Assembly: GCA_963827475.1 (NCBI GenBank) | Contig: CAWHAZ010000005.1 | Coordinates: 1,002,851 to 1,066,850, forward strand | DNA from: an uncultured Chloroflexia bacterium | GTDB lineage: Bacteria > Chloroflexota > Limnocylindria > QHBO01 | Direction: 5' to 3' | Length of the DNA stretch: 64,000 nt | Part shown: piece by piece, positions 1 to 9,385 of the stretch | Position numbering within the stretch: the first letter of the stretch is position 1 | Layout of the letters: the number at the start of each line of letters is the position of its first letter | Made by a program: the position numbers and the translations under genes | The notes under the pieces: generated by a model | Told to the model about the DNA's origin: nothing | What the model saw: only the letters and a program-made list of their open reading frames with translations | Database searches by the model: none

Positions 1-66
1 GCGATCACGGTCATCTGCTTCGCCTACGCCTACATCCGCTTCATGCGGGAGGAGGTTCGGGCCTAG
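1..66 (+). CDS. 3' end of a membrane protein, possibly an ABC permease (partial)
   Basis: Frame 1 reads AITVICFAYAYIRFMREEVRA* from the window edge; hydrophobic C-terminal helix. Confidence 0.45.
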   Translation, partial: AITVICFAYAYIRFMREEVRA

Positions 67-93
67 CCGAGCACCGTGCTAGGCTCCCCGCCG

Positions 94-813
94 ATGGCCG
101 AGGGCTCGGTGGAGTGCGCGAACTGCGGCCGCGCCAACCCGGCGTGGGCCACGGTCTGCCGTTCCTGCGGCGCGCCCATGCACCCGGCGGCCGCGGACCC
201 GGCCACCGCCCCCGCCGTGGACCGATCCGTGGCCGGGGTCGACCAGGGATCGCTGATCGCGATCGGAGCGGCGCTCGGGACGATCGTGGCGGCCATCGTC
301 ATCGGCATGCTGGTCGGCGGCATCCTGCCGCCCGCGCCGCCGATCGCCGCCGCTACCCCGTCGCCGTCCGCCAGTGCCGAGCCGACCCCGGCCCCGACAC
401 CGAACCCGAGCGCCAGCGCCGGGTCGCCAGGGCCGTCGTTGACCCCGGGCCCGGTTCTGCCGGGCACGCTGACCTTCGGCCTGGGCCTGAACACTGAGAC
501 CCAGAGAGTGACGAACCCGACGGACACGTTCACCGCCGGCACCACGTTCGCCCACTCGGTCGAGCTCACCACGCCCTTCGGGGTGACTCAGATCGGTGAG
601 GGCGTGTCGCGGGTCAACGAGGACCGGACCGAGACGCTGGTGATCAACGAGGCAGACAACGTGATCACCGGCATCAACCCCAACGCCCTGGTCGACGGGT
701 TCACGGTGGAGACGAACGCGCTCCTCGATGCGCTCGGCCCCGGGACCTACGTCATGCGGGTCTACCGAGGGTCCGAGCTGCTCGCCGAAGGCACCTTCAT
801 CCTCGTCGAGTAG
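94..813 (+). CDS. Zinc-ribbon, single-TM, Pro-rich exported protein
   Basis: N-terminal CANC...CRSC, one TM helix, Pro/Ser/Thr linker; TAGGCT -10-like hexamer just upstream of ATG 94. Confidence 0.75.
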   Translation: MAEGSVECANCGRANPAWATVCRSCGAPMHPAAADPATAPAVDRSVAGVDQGSLIAIGAALGTIVAAIVIGMLVGGILPPAPPIAAATPSPSASAEPTPAPTPNPSASAGSPGPSLTPGPVLPGTLTFGLGLNTETQRVTNPTDTFTAGTTFAHSVELTTPFGVTQIGEGVSRVNEDRTETLVINEADNVITGINPNALVDGFTVETNALLDALGPGTYVMRVYRGSELLAEGTFILVE

Positions 814-1645
814 CCGCCACCTCGTCCCACGCCTCGGCGTACAGGTCGGCCCGGACCGGCAGGTAGCCGGGGTACGCCACTCGCGCCCGGACGACCTCCT
901 CGCGCTCGAGGGTGACGAGCGCCATCCGGTCGGTCGTCTCGACCAGCGGCGTGCCCGACGGGTCGATCGCCACCGACGGACCACCGATGAGCACGCCGGC
1001 CTCCGGATCGGGTCGATTCACCGACAGGACGTACGTGGCGGAGGTCAGCGCGCTGGCCCGGAACACGATCTTCCAGCGCTGATAGGTCTTCTCCTCGGTG
1101 GCGCGGGGAATGAGGATCGCCTCGGCGCCGAGGGCGCCGAGCAGGTGCGCTCCCTCCGGCCGGTTGGTGTCAGAGCAGATCTGGATCCCGATCGGCATGC
1201 CGAAGGCGTCGATGGGCCGCGCGACCGCCGTCCCAGGGTCGTAGTGGCTCGTCTCCCAGAATCCGGGCTCCTCGGGGAGATGCAGCTTCTCGAAGGTCGA
1301 GACCAGCTCGCCCGCCGCGTCGAACACGAGTGCGCGGCTCGTCCGCCGCCCCGCCTCGTCGCGATGGATGATCCCGCCCACCAGGCCGATCCCCGCCCGT
1401 CGGGCTGCCTCCGCCTGGGCCGTCATCCGTGGCCCGTCCATCGGCTCCGCGTCGTCGTCGACCGCCTCCTTGGTGGCGGGTCGCCACGGGTGGAGCGGCA
1501 GCTCGGGCAGGAGGGCGATGTCCGCTCCCCGGCGAGCGGCCTCGTCCAACCGCTGGTCGAGACGGCCCAGGCCGTCCGGCTGCCAGAACACCTCGCTGAC
1601 GAGGGCGACGGTCAGCCGCCCGTCGGCCCGTTGCACCGCGCTCAT
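797..1645 (-). CDS. Carbon-nitrogen hydrolase (nitrilase superfamily amidase)
   Basis: LLPEL, KLHLP and QICSD motifs give the E-K-C triad. Confidence 0.9.
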   Translation of the reverse strand: MSAVQRADGRLTVALVSEVFWQPDGLGRLDQRLDEAARRGADIALLPELPLHPWRPATKEAVDDDAEPMDGPRMTAQAEAARRAGIGLVGGIIHRDEAGRRTSRALVFDAAGELVSTFEKLHLPEEPGFWETSHYDPGTAVARPIDAFGMPIGIQICSDTNRPEGAHLLGALGAEAILIPRATEEKTYQRWKIVFRASALTSATYVLSVNRPDPEAGVLIGGPSVAIDPSGTPLVETTDRMALVTLEREEVVRARVAYPGYLPVRADLYAEAWDEVAATRRG

Positions 1646-1950
1646 TCCTCTCCCTCCTGCGCCGCGATCACCAGACCAATGAGGTACGAGGCGTTGCGGC
1701 TCACGTCGGAGTACTCCTTTGGGCGCAGGCTGCCGAGCTCGTTGTAGCGCTCGACAAACCGCTCGTGGCCCTTGCGGCCCTCGGTCTGGCCCCAGCTACT
1801 CGAGGCCGGCGTGAAGAAGATCTCGCCCGTGCGCGAGATCCCGACCGTGAACGACTTCCCGGTGACCGTGGTCAGCGGCCGGCCCTCGAACCGTCGAGCG
1901 AGGGCGACCAGGTCGTCGTAGGTCAGTGGCGCCGCCTGAGCAGCGCTCAT
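1642..1950 (-). CDS. Hypothetical protein
   Basis: 102-aa ORF overlapping both neighbours by 4 nt (coupled operon). Confidence 0.7.
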   Translation of the reverse strand: MSAAQAAPLTYDDLVALARRFEGRPLTTVTGKSFTVGISRTGEIFFTPASSSWGQTEGRKGHERFVERYNELGSLRPKEYSDVSRNASYLIGLVIAAQEGEE

Positions 1951-3079
1951 CGGTCAGCCCCCTCGCCCAGGAACTCGCGGACCAGGTTCTGGAAGTGGTA
2001 CACGCCGTTCTCGCGCAGGGCGCTGAACCGGCCCCGGTCGTAGGCCCGCGACCGCAGGCCGCGCTGGACCTGCTCGCACAGGACGATGTCCTCCTGCTGG
2101 ATCTGGTCCGAGAACGCGATCCCCTGCTGCATCGACTCCCACCCGGCTCCGGTCCCCGGCTCGGCGAAGAACCACTCGAAGATCGTCAGCGTCCGCTCGT
2201 GGCCGAGCGGCAGGACGAGGTTCGACGACAGGTTGTCGGGGTAGATGTTGAACATCGTGTTCGGGAAGACCCAGTAGTACAGGGCGCTGTCCTCGCCGTC
2301 GCCGGTCCGCATGAACCGCCGGTCGCGCCCGACCTCCTCGCCCGGCTTCAGCTCGCGGATGGGGGCGTAGCTGACTTCGAGTAGTAGCGGAACTCCTCGA
2401 CCCGGTAGGCGTCGTAGTCGACCTCGCGGAACAGGTCCGGGTGGGCAATCGGCAGGTGGTAGCCCTCGAGGTAGTTGTCGACGTAGACCTTCCAGTTGCA
2501 GTCGATGACGTACTCGCGCCGCTCGACGAGCCGCATGTGGTCGATGTCGAAGCCGGCCGCGGCAACCTCGGCCGGGATCGCGCCGAGGACGTCACCCAGC
2601 GGCGGCGCGTCCGGATCCAGGTTCGCGAAGACGAACGGTCCCCAGCGCTCGACCCGGATCGGGACCAGGCCGTAGTCCTCCTTGCGGAAGTCCTCGGTGG
2701 CCTCCATCTCCGGGCAGGCGCGCAGCGTGCCATCCAGCCCGTAGGTCCAGCCGTGGTATCGGCACTGGAGGCTCTTCCGGTTGCCCTTGGCCAGGGCCAC
2801 CTGCCCCGCCCGGTGGCGGCAGACGTTGTAGAAGCCGCGCAGCTCCCCGTCGATGCCGTGGGTGACGACGATCGGCTCGTCGACGATGCTCCCCGGCACG
2901 AAGTCCCCGACCCGGCTCAGGTCCTCGGTGCGCGCCACGAGCTGCCAGGTGCGGGAGAAGATTCGGTCCTTCTCGGCGTCCAGGACGACGGGATCGAGGT
3001 AGTAGCGCGACGGGATCGTCGCGGCCCGGGCCAGCGGGACCGATGTTCCTTCGACCGATGCGGGCGGCATGCCCGTCAC
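1947..3079 (-). CDS. Rieske non-heme iron oxygenase alpha subunit (choline monooxygenase-like); apparent frameshift near 2370
   Basis: CRHR...CRYHGW Rieske motif, NYLEGYH...H iron ligands; C-terminal part (QQEDIVLCE) in ORF 1947..2312. Confidence 0.9.
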
Positions 3080-4977
3080 GGCAGGTCACCGCTCGCGGTC
3101 CGCTCTCCCGCGGCGTCGCGACCGTAGGTCAGCTCGCCGCCGGCGTCGGTCTGTGCCGTCAGGCTGAACGTGCCCTCGTCGTCGTTGATGATCGCGTCGC
3201 CGGTCAGTGCCAGGCCCTCCGAGAAGGCGCAGTGGTCGAGCGCGACGGCATAGCCGACGTCGTTCGATTCATACGTGATCGTACCGCCGTAGTGACAGCC
3301 GTAGGTCAGCGGCGACTGCCCATCCCAGTACCACCAGTCCGGCGAGGTGTGGATCTCGTCGTCGACCGCGCCCAGGGCGTCCAGGGTCGAGGGGTAGTCG
3401 TCGACCGACGCCGCCGGGATCGGAACGTAGGGATCGACCCCGATGAACTCGCACTCCACCTCGCGACTGTCGGGCAGCGTCCCGCTCAGCAGGTAGGCGT
3501 CGAGGAGCTCGTCGGGGCAGGCCTCGCCTCGATACGAGATGACGTGCGGTCCGCCGGGCTGGGTGATGAGGTACGAGTTGTCGAGGTGAGCGGCCAGCCG
3601 TTGCGCGTTGGCGTATGGGGTGTAGGGATCCCACGTGGCGCCCAGGATGAAGACCGGGTACGGCGTGTCGCCGAGGTACGCGGGTCGCGTCTCCGGCCCG
3701 TGCGACGGCCAGTAGGCGCACGGGAGATCGAGGAAGTAACCGCTGCCCAGCCGCATCCCGTCAACCCCGGCGGCCGCACCGGCCGCGAAGTAGGCGTCGG
3801 CCCGCTGGTCGGCCGTGCCGGAACCGAAGGCGTAGTCCCCGCAGTCGACCGCGAAGTACAGGGCGTCGGACCAGGTCGGGTCGATGAGCGCCTTGAGGGT
3901 CTCCGGGTCCTGGCCGAGGGCGCCGTAGAGCAGCCGAGCCATGGGCAGGAGCTGGCCCCGGGAAGCCTGGGCCATCGCCCGCTGGAGGAACATGCGGTCG
4001 GTCGACGGACTCAGGTAGCTGCTCGCCGCAATCTCCAGGTCGTTGAGCCCAAACTCGCGGCGCTCCACGTCCCCGGATGCGGTCACGAAGTCGAAGCTCA
4101 TCGGTCCGTCGCGCAGGGCCTCGGCCAGCCGGTCGTAGGCATCCAGGGCGTCCCCGCCCTCGACGTCGGAGCTGCAGACCGGGCCCGCGGTGCACGTGTC
4201 GAGCACGTCCGCCAGCACCGCGCCGGCCGCCTCGGTGGACTCGACGTAGTAGTCGGGGCCATCCACGGTGAGGTCGACTGGTCCGTCGATGAACAGCGCC
4301 GCGACCCGCTCGGGGTGGGCGGCCGCAAAGGCCTGGACGTACTGGGTCCCGTAGCTCTCGCCAAACAGGACGACCTCCTCCGCGCCGTGCCACCCGAGGA
4401 AGGCCTCCAGGTCCTCGACCGCCTGGGCCGTGCTGTACAGGTCCAGGTCGTCGGGATCGACCCCGGCCTCGGCCACGCAGTCGGCCACGTAGGCCTCGGT
4501 GGCGCCGCGGAACGCCTCCGCCTCCGCGGCCGTGCCGGTCGGGATCTCCGGGGTCGTGTACCAGGCCAGGGACGCCGCGGGGCACTGGAGCGGCTGCGAC
4601 AGGCCGATCCCCCGCTGGTCGAAGAAGATGATGTCGTAGCGCTCGGGAACCTCCGGGTCGAAGTAGGTCGTGTAGTCGTCGGCGACCGCGATGCCGGACG
4701 TGCCCGGGCCGCCGGTCGCGTACACGAGGACCCCATCGCGTGTGCCGCTCAGGGCTCGCTGGATGGCGAACGTCACCTCCCACGTCTCGCCGCCCGCGTC
4801 GGCGTGATCGCGCGGGACGTTCAGCGTGACGCAGCTGAAGCCGCTGTCCGGGCAGCCTCGTTCGCGGACGAAGGTGGGGTCGCGCTCGATGAGCAGCGTC
4901 GCCAGCGCCCAGACCCCGATCCCGAGCGCCACGAGCAGGCCGAACACGAGCAGCGGGCGGCTGGACAGGGCCGACAT
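3076..4977 (-). CDS. Exported alpha/beta hydrolase (TAP-like peptidase)
   Basis: N-terminal TM/signal, GGPG, DQRGIG and GESYG nucleophile elbow. Confidence 0.85.
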   Translation of the reverse strand: MSALSSRPLLVFGLLVALGIGVWALATLLIERDPTFVRERGCPDSGFSCVTLNVPRDHADAGGETWEVTFAIQRALSGTRDGVLVYATGGPGTSGIAVADDYTTYFDPEVPERYDIIFFDQRGIGLSQPLQCPAASLAWYTTPEIPTGTAAEAEAFRGATEAYVADCVAEAGVDPDDLDLYSTAQAVEDLEAFLGWHGAEEVVLFGESYGTQYVQAFAAAHPERVAALFIDGPVDLTVDGPDYYVESTEAAGAVLADVLDTCTAGPVCSSDVEGGDALDAYDRLAEALRDGPMSFDFVTASGDVERREFGLNDLEIAASSYLSPSTDRMFLQRAMAQASRGQLLPMARLLYGALGQDPETLKALIDPTWSDALYFAVDCGDYAFGSGTADQRADAYFAAGAAAGVDGMRLGSGYFLDLPCAYWPSHGPETRPAYLGDTPYPVFILGATWDPYTPYANAQRLAAHLDNSYLITQPGGPHVISYRGEACPDELLDAYLLSGTLPDSREVECEFIGVDPYVPIPAASVDDYPSTLDALGAVDDEIHTSPDWWYWDGQSPLTYGCHYGGTITYESNDVGYAVALDHCAFSEGLALTGDAIINDDEGTFSLTAQTDAGGELTYGRDAAGERTASGDLP

Positions 4978-5105
4978 CCGCGGCATGCTAGCAGCCGGAC
5001 ACCGTGCGGGAATCCTTGCCGCGGAGGCGAGCCTCCGTGGTACACCACGGCCTACATATCGGCGCGCCGTCCTGCCCGACGGCCTGCGCTCCCGAAGGAG
5101 GGTTC

Positions 5106-5975
5106 ATGAGCACATTGCGACGTGGTTTGGCCCTGCTGGCCGGCCTCCTTGTCGTCGCGGCCTGCCAGGGCGGAACGGCGGAGATTCCGGCCACCGTCTG
5201 TGTCGGCGAGGCGACGACCTACCTCGACTGGTTGAACGGTGACCTGCTGCCGGACGTACCCGACGAGATCGTCGAGCCGGCGGATCCGACCGGCGACCTG
5301 CTCGAGGATATCCAGGAAGCTGGTGTCCTCCGGATCGCAACCGAGGCGAACTACGAGCCGCAGTCCTTCCGTGACCCGGACGGCAACTGGGTCGGCTTCG
5401 ACATCGACGTCGGGACGGCGATCGCCGAGGGCCTGGGCGTCGAGCCCGAGTTCCAGCACCAGGACTGGGACATCATCACCGCCGGTAGCTGGGCGGAGCG
5501 CTGGGACGTCAGCGTCGGTTCGATGACGATCACGACTGACCGAAAGGAGCTCTTCGGCTTCGCCACGCCGTACTACTTCACGCCGGCGTACATGGCGGCG
5601 AGTGAGCGGTCGGGTGTCACCAGCGTGGACGACCTGCCGTTCGACGTACCGGATGGCGTCGAGGCGATCACGCGCCCGGTCGATGGGAACTGCATCGAGG
5701 ACATCGAGGCCGGTCGAACCGAGTTCGACCTTCTCATGACCTCGGGCACCGTCATCGATTCGGCCGTCGACGACGGCCTGCCGATCGTGAAGATCGGCGA
5801 GCCGGTCTACACCGAGAACCTGTCCATCGCCCTCGACAAGGCCGGCCCTGAGCAGGCGGCGCTCCTCTACGAGATCGACCAGATCATCCAAGGGATGCAC
5901 GAGGATGGAACCCTCACCGCCCTCAGCGAGGAGTGGTTCGGCGCCGACCTCACCCAGGATCCAAGCGGCGAGTGA
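5106..5975 (+). CDS. Polar amino-acid ABC transporter substrate-binding lipoprotein (SBP family 3)
   Basis: Lipobox VAAC, GFDIDV, SMTITTDR; RBS GGAGG upstream. Confidence 0.9.
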   Translation: MSTLRRGLALLAGLLVVAACQGGTAEIPATVCVGEATTYLDWLNGDLLPDVPDEIVEPADPTGDLLEDIQEAGVLRIATEANYEPQSFRDPDGNWVGFDIDVGTAIAEGLGVEPEFQHQDWDIITAGSWAERWDVSVGSMTITTDRKELFGFATPYYFTPAYMAASERSGVTSVDDLPFDVPDGVEAITRPVDGNCIEDIEAGRTEFDLLMTSGTVIDSAVDDGLPIVKIGEPVYTENLSIALDKAGPEQAALLYEIDQIIQGMHEDGTLTALSEEWFGADLTQDPSGE

Positions 5976-6002
5976 GCCGGGAAGGCTGACACCGGCGACC
6001 CA

Positions 6003-6036
6003 CAAGGGCGGGGATCGCAAGGGTCCCCGCCCTTTG
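6003..6036 (+). terminator. Intergenic GC-rich hairpin (terminator or mRNA-stabilising stem after the SBP gene)
   Basis: AAGGGCGGGGATC-GCAA-GGGTCCCCGCCCTTT inverted repeat. Confidence 0.6.
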
Positions 6037-6056
6037 CCTTTGCATGAGGAGCCGCC

Positions 6057-6866
6057 ATGACCGTCGCCGTCGGAACCCCGGAGCCCGGTTCACTCCTCGC
6101 CCAGATCGAGGCCAGCCAGGCGCGATATCGGTCGATCTTCCGCCTGAAGTTCTTCCTCACCTGGGCAGCCCTGATCGGTCTGCTCCTCGTCGGCCTGTAT
6201 GCGACCGGCAACATCGACACCGCGTTCATCGCCGAGTGGGGTCCGTTCATCATCGGCGGAGCCGGGCTCACCGTCTTCGTCTCGGCGGTGTCGATCGTGT
6301 TCGCCACGATCCTGGCCCTGATCGGCGCCATCGGACGGATGTCCCGCAACCCGTACATCAACGGCATCGCCTCGCTCTACGTGTCGCTCGTGCGGGGCAC
6401 GCCGCTGATCGTCCAGATCTACTTCATCTACCTCGCCCTGCCGCAGCTCGGCATCGTGCTCGCGGCCATCCCGTCGGGGATCATCGCCCTGAGCTTCAAC
6501 TACGGCGCGTACATGACCGAGGTGTTCCGGGCCGGTATCCAGGCCGTGCCGCGCGGCCAGCGCGAGGCGGCCCAGTCGTTGGGTCTCACCGAGCGGCTGG
6601 TGATGTGGCGGATCGTCATGCCGCAGGCGTTCCGGATCGTGATCCCGGCCATCGGCAACGACTTCGTGGCCATGCTGAAGGACTCCTCGCTGGTCTCGAT
6701 CCTGGCCGTCGAGGAGCTGCTGTTCCGCTCCCAGCTGGTGGGTCGGCAGAACTTCCGAAGCCTCGAGGCACTCGTCATCGCCGCCGCCATGTACTGGATC
6801 CTGACCATCGTGTTCAGCTACTTCCAGCAGCGGCTCGAGCAGCGCATGGCCCGGGGTGACCGATGA
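6057..6866 (+). CDS. Amino-acid ABC transporter permease
   Basis: RGTPLIVQ and EAAQSLG (EAA loop) motifs. Confidence 0.93.
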   Translation: MTVAVGTPEPGSLLAQIEASQARYRSIFRLKFFLTWAALIGLLLVGLYATGNIDTAFIAEWGPFIIGGAGLTVFVSAVSIVFATILALIGAIGRMSRNPYINGIASLYVSLVRGTPLIVQIYFIYLALPQLGIVLAAIPSGIIALSFNYGAYMTEVFRAGIQAVPRGQREAAQSLGLTERLVMWRIVMPQAFRIVIPAIGNDFVAMLKDSSLVSILAVEELLFRSQLVGRQNFRSLEALVIAAAMYWILTIVFSYFQQRLEQRMARGDR

Positions 6867-7697
6867 CCGAATCGACTCCGCCGGCGCCAAGCCACGGACA
6901 CCGGCATCACGAGGTCATTGCCCCGCATCTCGGCGAGCCCATCGTCCGGGCCGAGGCCATCGAGAAGTATTACGGGCGGAACCACGTCCTGAAGGGAATG
7001 GACCTCACCGTCCGCAAAGGCGAGGCGGTCATGCTCATCGGTCGCTCGGGAAGCGGCAAGACCACGTTCCTGCGCTGCGTGAACTTCCTCGAGGAGCCCT
7101 CGGCCGGCTCGGTCGAGATCGATGGCCTGCGGGTGGCGGCCGATCCGCTGCACGCGCGAAGCAAGGCCCACCTTGAGCAGATCCGCCAGATCCGGATCCG
7201 CGCCGGGATGGTGTTCCAGGACTTCAACCTGTTCCCGCACATGAGCGTCCTCGCACAACCTCATCGAGGCGCCGACGCGGGTCCTGAAGGTTCCCCGGGC
7301 AGAGGCCGTGGAGCGGGCGGAGGCATACCTCGACAAGGTGGGCCTTGCCGAGAAGCGGGACGAATACCCCGCTCGGCTGTCCGGTGGCCAGAAGCAGCGG
7401 GTGGCCATCGCTCGCGCCCTGTGCATGGAGCCCAAGGTCCTCCTCTTCGACGAGCCGACCAGCGCCCTGGATCCGGACCTCATCGGTGAGGTGCTGAAGG
7501 TGATGGAGCAGCTCGCCCACGAAGGCGCGACGATGATCGTGGTCACCCACGAGCTGCATTTCGCGCGGGAGGCGGCCGACCGGGTCGTGTTCCTCGAGGA
7601 AGGCGGCGTGGCGGAGGAAGGGCCGCCCGAGAAAATGCTCCACGACCCGGACGACGAGCGGACCCGCCAGTTCCTCAGGCGATTCCTGGCCGGCTAG
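6863..7697 (+). CDS. Amino-acid ABC transporter ATP-binding protein; apparent frameshift near 7255
   Basis: Walker A GRSGSGKT in 6863..7489; LSGGQ and LLFDEPT in 7308..7697. Confidence 0.92.
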
Positions 7698-7725
7698 CCG
7701 GGCGCGCCTGGGAGGTCCTAGGCGG

Positions 7726-8097
7726 TCACCGCCGCACGCCGTAGACCTGGGCTCGCGGCAGTCGTGCCGCCTCGTCCTCCGCCCGCACCCGGTCCGTCGC
7801 CGGCTTGAACGCCACCGGCGTGTCGCGAGGCTTTCCGCCCTCGTGGGCAATCAACCACTGCAGGCCGACCTGGGTGAGCTTGGCCCCGCCGGCCTGACCA
7901 GGCTCGATGAACGGAGCGATCAGGAATCGGCGCTGGTGGAGGCGCTCGACCGAGACCTGGAGCTCCACCGGGTCGATCCCAAGCTCCGCCGCCAGCGCGT
8001 CGAGGTCCAGCTCCCGGTTCGGATACCGGCGCAGGTGGCGCAGGATGGCGGCTGTCAGCTCGTCCCCGCGCTTGGCGGACGCCTTGGTCGGACTCAC
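7726..8097 (-). CDS. Hypothetical protein, winged-helix-like
   Basis: LDALAAELGIDP...VERL helix-turn-helix pattern; TATCAT 7 nt before GTG. Confidence 0.6.
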   Translation of the reverse strand: MSPTKASAKRGDELTAAILRHLRRYPNRELDLDALAAELGIDPVELQVSVERLHQRRFLIAPFIEPGQAGGAKLTQVGLQWLIAHEGGKPRDTPVAFKPATDRVRAEDEAARLPRAQVYGVRR

Positions 8098-8155
8098 GGA
8101 ACGGATGATACCGATGCGCTCGACGCGACGGCCGCCGGGCGGGAGCGGAAGTCGA

Positions 8156-9369
8156 CTACGCCGGATCGGGGGCCGGCGCCTCGGCTTCTGCCTGGCGAGC
8201 GGCCAGGTAGGCGGCCCGGCGAGCCTGTTCGCGCGCCTCGGCCCGCCGCCGCATGGGGATGACCACGCCGCGCAGCCCGACGCCGATGAGCGCGGCGATG
8301 GGGATGGCGATGATGCCGCCGACCAGCCCGCCGAGCGTGATCCCGGCCGTCACGCCGAGCATGACGACCAGCGGCGAGATGTTGATCGCCTTGCCCTGGA
8401 CGGTGGGCGTGATGACCGACCCCTCGATCTGCTGGATGATGATCTGCCAGCCGATCATCAGCAGCACCGCCCCGGGGCCGACCTCGATGCCGGCGATGAT
8501 CAGGATGGGCACGAGGGCGAACAGTCCGCCGATGTACGGGATGGCCGCCGTGAAGAAGGCGATGATCCCCATCGGGATGGCGTACGGGATCCCGATCAGC
8601 CACATCCCCACTGCGGTGGCGACGCCGATGAAGGCCATCGAGATGAACAGGCCCGCGCAGGTACTTGCCGAGGCTGTCGATGCCGGTGGTGAGGATGTAG
8701 CGCGTCGCCGGGCGGTCCTCGGTGTCCATGAACTCGAGCACGCCGTTCAGCAGGTGGCGGCGCTCGATGAGCAGGAAGATCTCGATGATCACGATGATCA
8801 CGACGTTGGCAATGACCGCGATCGTGGACAACGGTGAGGTCGAGGAGGCCGCCGAGCAGGAACGAGAGGTCCACGCCGTCCGGGAACAGCTGGTCGTAGG
8901 CCTCGCTCCCGATCAGCCCTCGAGCCAGGTCGCGAAACGACTCGACGATGCCGGGGATCGCCTCCACGAACGCTCCGATCGCGGCCAGGGCCGGGCGAGC
9001 CGCCAGCAGGATGACGCCGATCACCACGGCGATGACGACGACATTGACCGTGATGGCGGCGGCCGGCCGTGACATCCGCTGCTCGAACCGGCGGGCGGTC
9101 CCGAGCAGACCTGCGGCGAAGAGGAGCGCCAGGAACACGTTCAGGACGAGCCCGCGCAGGAGCCACAGCAAGCCGAGCACGAGCACGACGGTGACGACCA
9201 CGGCCACCACCCGGATCGTGATCGCGATCGGCCCCATGGGCTCCGGTGGGACTTCGATCTCGTCCGGTGGCAGGGCCTGCGACATGTCCGCGCCGATGTC
9301 GGCCGATGAGCCCTCGACCGTGAACCGGTCGCGCAGGCCGGTCATCGCACGGCGGATCTGCTGGGTCAT
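8156..9369 (-). CDS. AI-2E (PerM/UPF0118) family transporter; apparent frameshifts
   Basis: IPYIG and QQIEGSVITP motifs; hydrophobic segments spread over three frames. Confidence 0.8.
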
Positions 9370-9385
9370 GACGAACGGGTCGCCG

